64,000 nt of DNA from Amphiscolops sp. MND2022 (taxonomy: Eukaryota): assembly GCA_964187785.1 (NCBI GenBank), contig OZ076409.1:66280001-66344000 (forward strand). The letters are read 5' to 3'. Positions 58,380-64,000 of the stretch are shown piece by piece. The notes under the pieces are model-generated. The model saw nothing but the letters and a program-made list of their open reading frames with translations. It did not search any database and had not been told where the DNA came from. The position numbers and the translations under genes are program-made. How positions within the stretch are numbered: the first letter of the stretch is position 1; each line of letters opens with the position of its first letter.

Positions 58380-59527
58380 GATACAAATCGAAAACCTTGC
58401 TGGGGAAGAAACCGTACAGTTATCGTCAGGTGGCTTTAATGGCTTAACGCGACATCTATAGCCGGATTTCATACTATGACGAGTTTGACAAATTTTCGAA
58501 AAGGTTTTGTCAACAACGACAATTGTCAACAACATAGCTGGTGCATAACATTTCTCAGGCAGTTTTCACTGAGCTTCAGGAGCTTCTGAATACTATACAT
58601 CCTGTAGATCCTCGATTTCACCTGACCGCAAAAACCAACGAAACTGAGTGGACGTTATCTTAGAATGAACTCTCCGATAAGAACCAACTGTATTGTGAGT
58701 GCTTCCAAAACATAATCAGGGATCAAAGTTCATCTTTTTGGTTTGCACCTTTCGAATGTATCTGATTTAAATGTTTCAATAAAATACCGAATCAGCAGAG
58801 ACTCGGTCAGTCTACAGCATGGCTGTCAGAAATATGCGGGAGGTATTTTTGCATATTCCCGCATATTTTTAGCTTTTGATGTTCCGCATCTGCATATTTC
58901 CGAGAAATCTAAATGCTGATGCCTGAAATTGAGGATTCAACTGCGTTTTTCTCAAGAGCTGACTGTAATTTTTGAAGGAAATGCGGTTGAAAGTTTTATA
59001 TCGACACTACAGCTGATTTTTTACTCCTCAATTTATCACCTAACTAGCGCAAGCTAGGCAACAAAAACACTTTTTTCAGTTGATTGTGCTTCACTAATTG
59101 TATGGTTGGTTACATTTTAAAACCATACTATCTTTATTTCTCACAAGAAATGTCATGATGTTAGTTGGTTATTTTGGAAAACATAAATTTACATATTTTT
59201 CACGATATTAAATGACGCAAAATTGCAGTCATGGTCTACAGTATACTTATACGCTAAAGTTCTTGCAGTACAGTAAGAATATTGGAACCAGCTAAATGAA
59301 AAAACGCAAGTGAGTTTTATTCGATTTTCAATCAGATTTTTTAAGCATTGTATCACCAGGTATAACCAATGTATTCACCAGGCTTCATCGAAGAAATTGA
59401 ATAGAGCATCCAACAATTCTGTTTAATTTATTCATCTCAGGGAAAAATTGACACTTGTTTGCTAATACTTGTAGCTTAGGATCATTTCCTGGAACCGAAG
59501 GAGGGGCTAACAAAGTGAGATTTACAG

Positions 59528-59609
59528 GTGAGGGTGAAGTTCCTCTCTTGCTTCAGTCACATAGGTTACACAGGTTTCAACACAGGTTATTCGGGCAATT
59601 CTGGAGGCT
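59528..59609 (+). other. candidate isolated exon (VRVKFLSCFSHIGYTGFNTGYSGNSGG)
   Basis: Upstream CTAAC, TTTACAG| acceptor, |GTAAGT donor, one open frame; no partner exons established. Confidence 0.2.
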
Positions 59610-62600
59610 GTAAGTAATCGTATCCTTTCTCAGAATGAACGGTGACAGAAAGACGCCTTTTAAGGAAAGTTAGAACACATGAAATAATTTTCAGTTATTT
59701 TGAGGTGCGTTTGAATCAAACAATTCACGTATACCTCTGAAAATTGCCATTTACGGGACACATTGGAACAAGTAATGTTGTCAAAAAAGCAATAAAACTC
59801 CAAAAATAGAAGCAATTATTGGTGAAAAGTTCGATAGCTGTTGCCACGATCAAGCATTTGACATGACCGTGCGATACTCTCAGAACAAAATTCGCTCAAG
59901 TTTCTAATGAAAATGGGAAAACTAGGTTGGGAAAACATGCCAAAACGTTTCCAGTAAAATTAAAAGCGTCAATGGAAACTTTTTGGTATGTTAGATGTTA
60001 GAGGCTATCGAATTCATTTAAATGCTTACTGGAATGTTTTTTCTGTTCAAAATTCATGAAAGTGCAAAAACATGACTTACACCGAATTTTTTCCTCATGA
60101 TCATTATTCTGCCTGTATTATGAACATTTTTTTCGACCTTTCCTGGCCTGTATCTAATCGAGGAATACGATTTTCAATCTATATGTGAATCTTCCTTTCA
60201 AAGTGATTCGTCTTGCATCACTCAAGTTGCCGTTTCAATTTTTAATCTGGAGTGTATATTGAAGATGATGCGATTTCCAAATTGATTATACGTCTCTTGA
60301 TATTCTGATCAAACTCTAATTTCTACTCCGATGTCCCTTCTGCTGGAAAATGCATTTAATGATGAACTGTGTACACGCTTCTTGTTCGGTTATAAAAAAA
60401 ACGAAAGCAAAGATGGAATGTATAATTACCGAAATACAATTGAATAAAGAAAAAGAAAATGCTATTTGCTTGGTTGCGGATAAATATTCAATTATAGGAA
60501 AAATGACAATCAGGTTTTTCTTCGATTTTTTTGAACCCGCAATGAAAAGAGACTGCGAAATTGACTCATTTAGAAGAAAGTGTTTTTGAAAAAAAAATGT
60601 TTCAAGTAGTATTTCAAATATTGAGAGTTTATTGATTCTATAGAAATCAAAACTGCGAGTTTGAATTTTCCTTTATTATTACTAATGTTTGCCTAATACA
60701 TTCACAGTTCTGTTGTGTTTCGAAAGCATAATTTGTCCGGAAAAAAGTAGAATTCGTCAATTTTGAATTACCGAATCGAAGGCACTGGATTTCAAACTCT
60801 TTTGCAGATTTCAAACTCTTCAATTGATCCTTTTTTTCGATTTATCTGAGCTTTGATCAATATAGCAAGCTGGACATGTAGTATACGCGTAGCTAATTCC
60901 AGTCATCCATTTTTCATTTTTCCAAATGCAGACGGCCTAATTTTTGATCGATTCGGACATTAGTGAAGGGACCTTAAGAGTGCCTGGTTGTTTCACTTGA
61001 CATGTTGTGGAGAAAAGAATTGACGGTAATGAATTCGATTTCGTGAAATGAATTTGCGATTGGTGTCAGATTGAAGCGGAAAAGCAGACAGGTGGTTCAA
61101 TCAATATAAGACTAATTTATATACTAATCAAACACGGACATTTGCGCACCAAAACATGCGTGGTTGTGGACATGCGCGTATGGTTTATAGTTGAAGAGTG
61201 AAAAAAAGAAAGAAGGAAAAAAGAAAGAATAGCAAAAAGAAAAGGAGGGGAATTTGGTTGAAATGCCAGAGGTACGGGAAGTGACACAAACATGGCGGTA
61301 GTGTACGTTGTACTTGTACTCTCTGTGAGTGAGTGTGAAGGGGATAGTGGCGACTAGTGCGGGTGGGGGGGGGTTGAGACGGGGTTGTTGAGATTGTGAT
61401 AAGTTGTATTACAGGTACCAGTGGTTGGTACAACAGTGATGGTAGTTGGTCGTATTTACTGGTGCGAGGAGGCTGCTTCGATTCAGGAAGACCAGTGGAA
61501 TATACATTAATATAAAATAAATGCACCTGTCCGATGACGCAAACGAGCTGAAAATTACATCCATTCGTTTACATCGATGGTACATCTATGCTCCTGTTAT
61601 TCTGCACTCGCGTTTCTTCTTCCCCCTAGTTCACCATCTAAACGCGATACCATCATTTCAAGACGCCACGCCGTTAGCGTGAATGAAACGTGAAATTATT
61701 GTTGCTATTCTCTCAATCCATTATTCTCATCAATCTATGCTCTAACATTTACCTGTTTCAAAAACTGCCCAATTGATTGTAAGTGCTCATTCCATTAGAC
61801 GTCCACTAACGCTTTCCAATTTTCCTAATCTTTTTTAAGTATTGTGAACCATTGACTTAGTTTCAAGTGACTGGCTTCATTTTTTACTGTTTGTTTGTCT
61901 ATCAGAACAGGAAGAGTCTTCATTTTGAGACCTTAAGGTTGGTATATGGTCATCAGTTTGGATTAGACATTAGTTTCTCGCTCTTCTTGTGAAACTTTTT
62001 CATGTTTTTCATGGCTTCATCTTTGAAAAATCATTTCACACCTCGAATGCTGAAAACGACTTTCAAGTCACGTACAAACTTTTGTATTCCTGATAAACTT
62101 GTTGAAAAGGAATTCAGTATTTTAAAAGTTAACTGTTTTCTATCAATCTTTTTCGTAGCCTTCAACGTGCCTTCTCTTCTGCTCTTATGTGACAGGAACA
62201 GGTACTTAATTAATACCTATAAATGTTACAAGTACAAATAAAGTGTTACTAGTAGAAGTACTAGTGTTACTAGTACAAATGAATACAAATAGGAAAAAAC
62301 AGACTATTTAGTTTATACAGTCTACATGAGTTCGTCTGTCATAAACATACACAAACATACAGCCGGTAGAAATTTTGTCTCCAGATTTTTTCGCCAGAAA
62401 ATTCGTCGAATGGGCTAATTCCGTGTTCAGAAATCTCGTCGTGAGAATTTTCCTCGTATTGATAAAAATTGAAAGCATTTAAATAAAAATAATTACCAGG
62501 GACTGCGAAACGAATTATTCAACAAGACGCCCGCTGACCAGCAGGATATTTTCCGTTTTAACTATTCCAGCAATGACATATTTTTGAGGCTCAAGAGTAG

Positions 62601-64000
62601 CCATTGCACTATGAAAACGCATAGAGGTGTGATGAAAAAAGGTTTGACACTTTTTGAATAATGTCATGCCATTTCAGAGGGGAACACTTCAAAGAAGACA
62701 CCACGCACCCATTTGGTTATTCGTCAGATTGTGTGTATTCCAAAACCTGACCAATTGATTTTTCTTCAAATTTGCGCAAAGTCGCCAAAAACGTCAAAAT
62801 TTCTACAATTTTGCTTTTTCGACAAATTTGCGGTCATTTGAGGAACTTTTACAAGAAACTGTAGATGTCTTTTTAAAAACGCCTTATGAATAACGGGTCC
62901 AGTCGTTCTTGAATAACAAAACTGCTCGAAACGTTTACAAAAAAAGTATATCAACACTTCAAAAACAAAAAAAATAATTTTCACTAAATTTCAAGTCGTT
63001 CTGACGAACTTTTTGCAAACACAATTGTAGATTTCTTTTTCAAAATCCTGCATGCCTACTCCAAAAGGTTAGACTGCTGGATTATAGGAAGTTTTGGTAA
63101 CTTTCAATAGAAGTTCACTAATTTGTCGAACAACTGCCAAAACTTGTTTTTTTTTCGACTATTTTCGGGTAATTTTGAGGCTCTTTTCTAACGTGAAACT
63201 GCAATTCACCTTCAAAAAATCTACTGAAAAACGCATTTGTTCGCTGTTGAGGATTTTCTGTCTTCCAACGATGGAATTTTCTCGAAAAATTCAGAACTTT
63301 GCAAAAGAAACGTTGAATTTAGACTTTTTATTTCCGACTCACCAGGGTCACTTTTGAAGTACTTTTGAAGCAAAATAAAAATATTTTCTTCAACTTAGCA
63401 TACTGCATAGCTAGCTTTTTCGTTTTCGAGTGTTTTGAACTTTCCTAGTCACAAAACTTTTCAAAATTTGAACACATACTGCAGGAAAAACTACAACTTT
63501 GAAGTATTTCTGATGTAAAGCACTGTAATTTTCTCATCAAGAAGGGAAACTACATACCAGATTCTATCACCTTTGATTGTTTCGAACCATCTAACTCAAA
63601 AAATTCCTAAAAATTGTACCCAAATAATATGAAGAACCTACATAAACTAGAAATTTTTGGAGTTTTCGACAATTTCTGAGTCAAATTAAAGCACGTTTGT
63701 TACCAGAAACTGGCACTCATCCCACCAAAAAGCCCACCGGACAACGCTTTCAGTTGTTGTTGAATCGTTTCAGAGCTCTAATCCATGAAAAAGTTGAAAC
63801 GTTTACAAAAATTGCGTTGTAAAATACAAAAATGTGAAAAAAGTAAGATCCATGTGGGGGGTCCATGTTGCAATTCTTTTTTACGAATCTGCACTTATCT
63901 CCGCAAACAACCCTATTGGACCACGAAATCATTCGTTGTTGAAGGTATTATAAGTTCTGATCCATGAAATCTTTAGAAATTTGACAAGAGTTGCATGAAA

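Noticed and set aside
61525..61560. Degenerate hammerhead (CCGATGA..GAAA) or solo-LTR end
   Set aside because: The core is mutated, stems I and III could not be built, and no matching left end or TSD was found.
61900..62205. Two small plus-strand exon candidates
   Set aside because: Weak splice sites, and no coherent reading frame with each other or with 59528-59609.

Overview
AT-rich, repeat-dominated eukaryotic (invertebrate-like) DNA; no prokaryotic operons, CRISPR arrays or rRNA. (1) 1-8770, minus strand: a nearly intact Ty3/Gypsy-order LTR retrotransposon running off the left edge. It has a 5' LTR (8359-8770), a PBS, a ~1.1-kb leader carrying two small hydrophobic ORFs, and a 1020-aa Gag separated from an in-frame, still-open PR-RT-RH-IN pol by one TAA. 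(2) 8771-30266: a ~612-bp satellite of about 34 units that starts exactly at the LTR edge. It has a 1225-bp dimeric higher-order repeat, variant blocks, a doubly deleted unit, and an 803-bp TIR element with a 2-bp TSD inserted in it. (3) 30267-52396: a patchwork of non-autonomous DNA transposons, Helentron/HINE-like repeats, a tRNA-derived SINE head, a nested solo LTR, decayed coding fragments, and the probable 5' exons of a minus-strand host gene. (4) 52397-58379: a complete but frameshifted 6-kb Gypsy element with a 5-bp TSD and a non-canonical WLDD RT motif. (5) 58380-64000: mostly unassignable. The best candidate for new biology is the pair of small transmembrane ORFs upstream of the giant gag of the satellite-inserted retroelement. 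All protein assignments come from motif recognition by eye, with no database searches.
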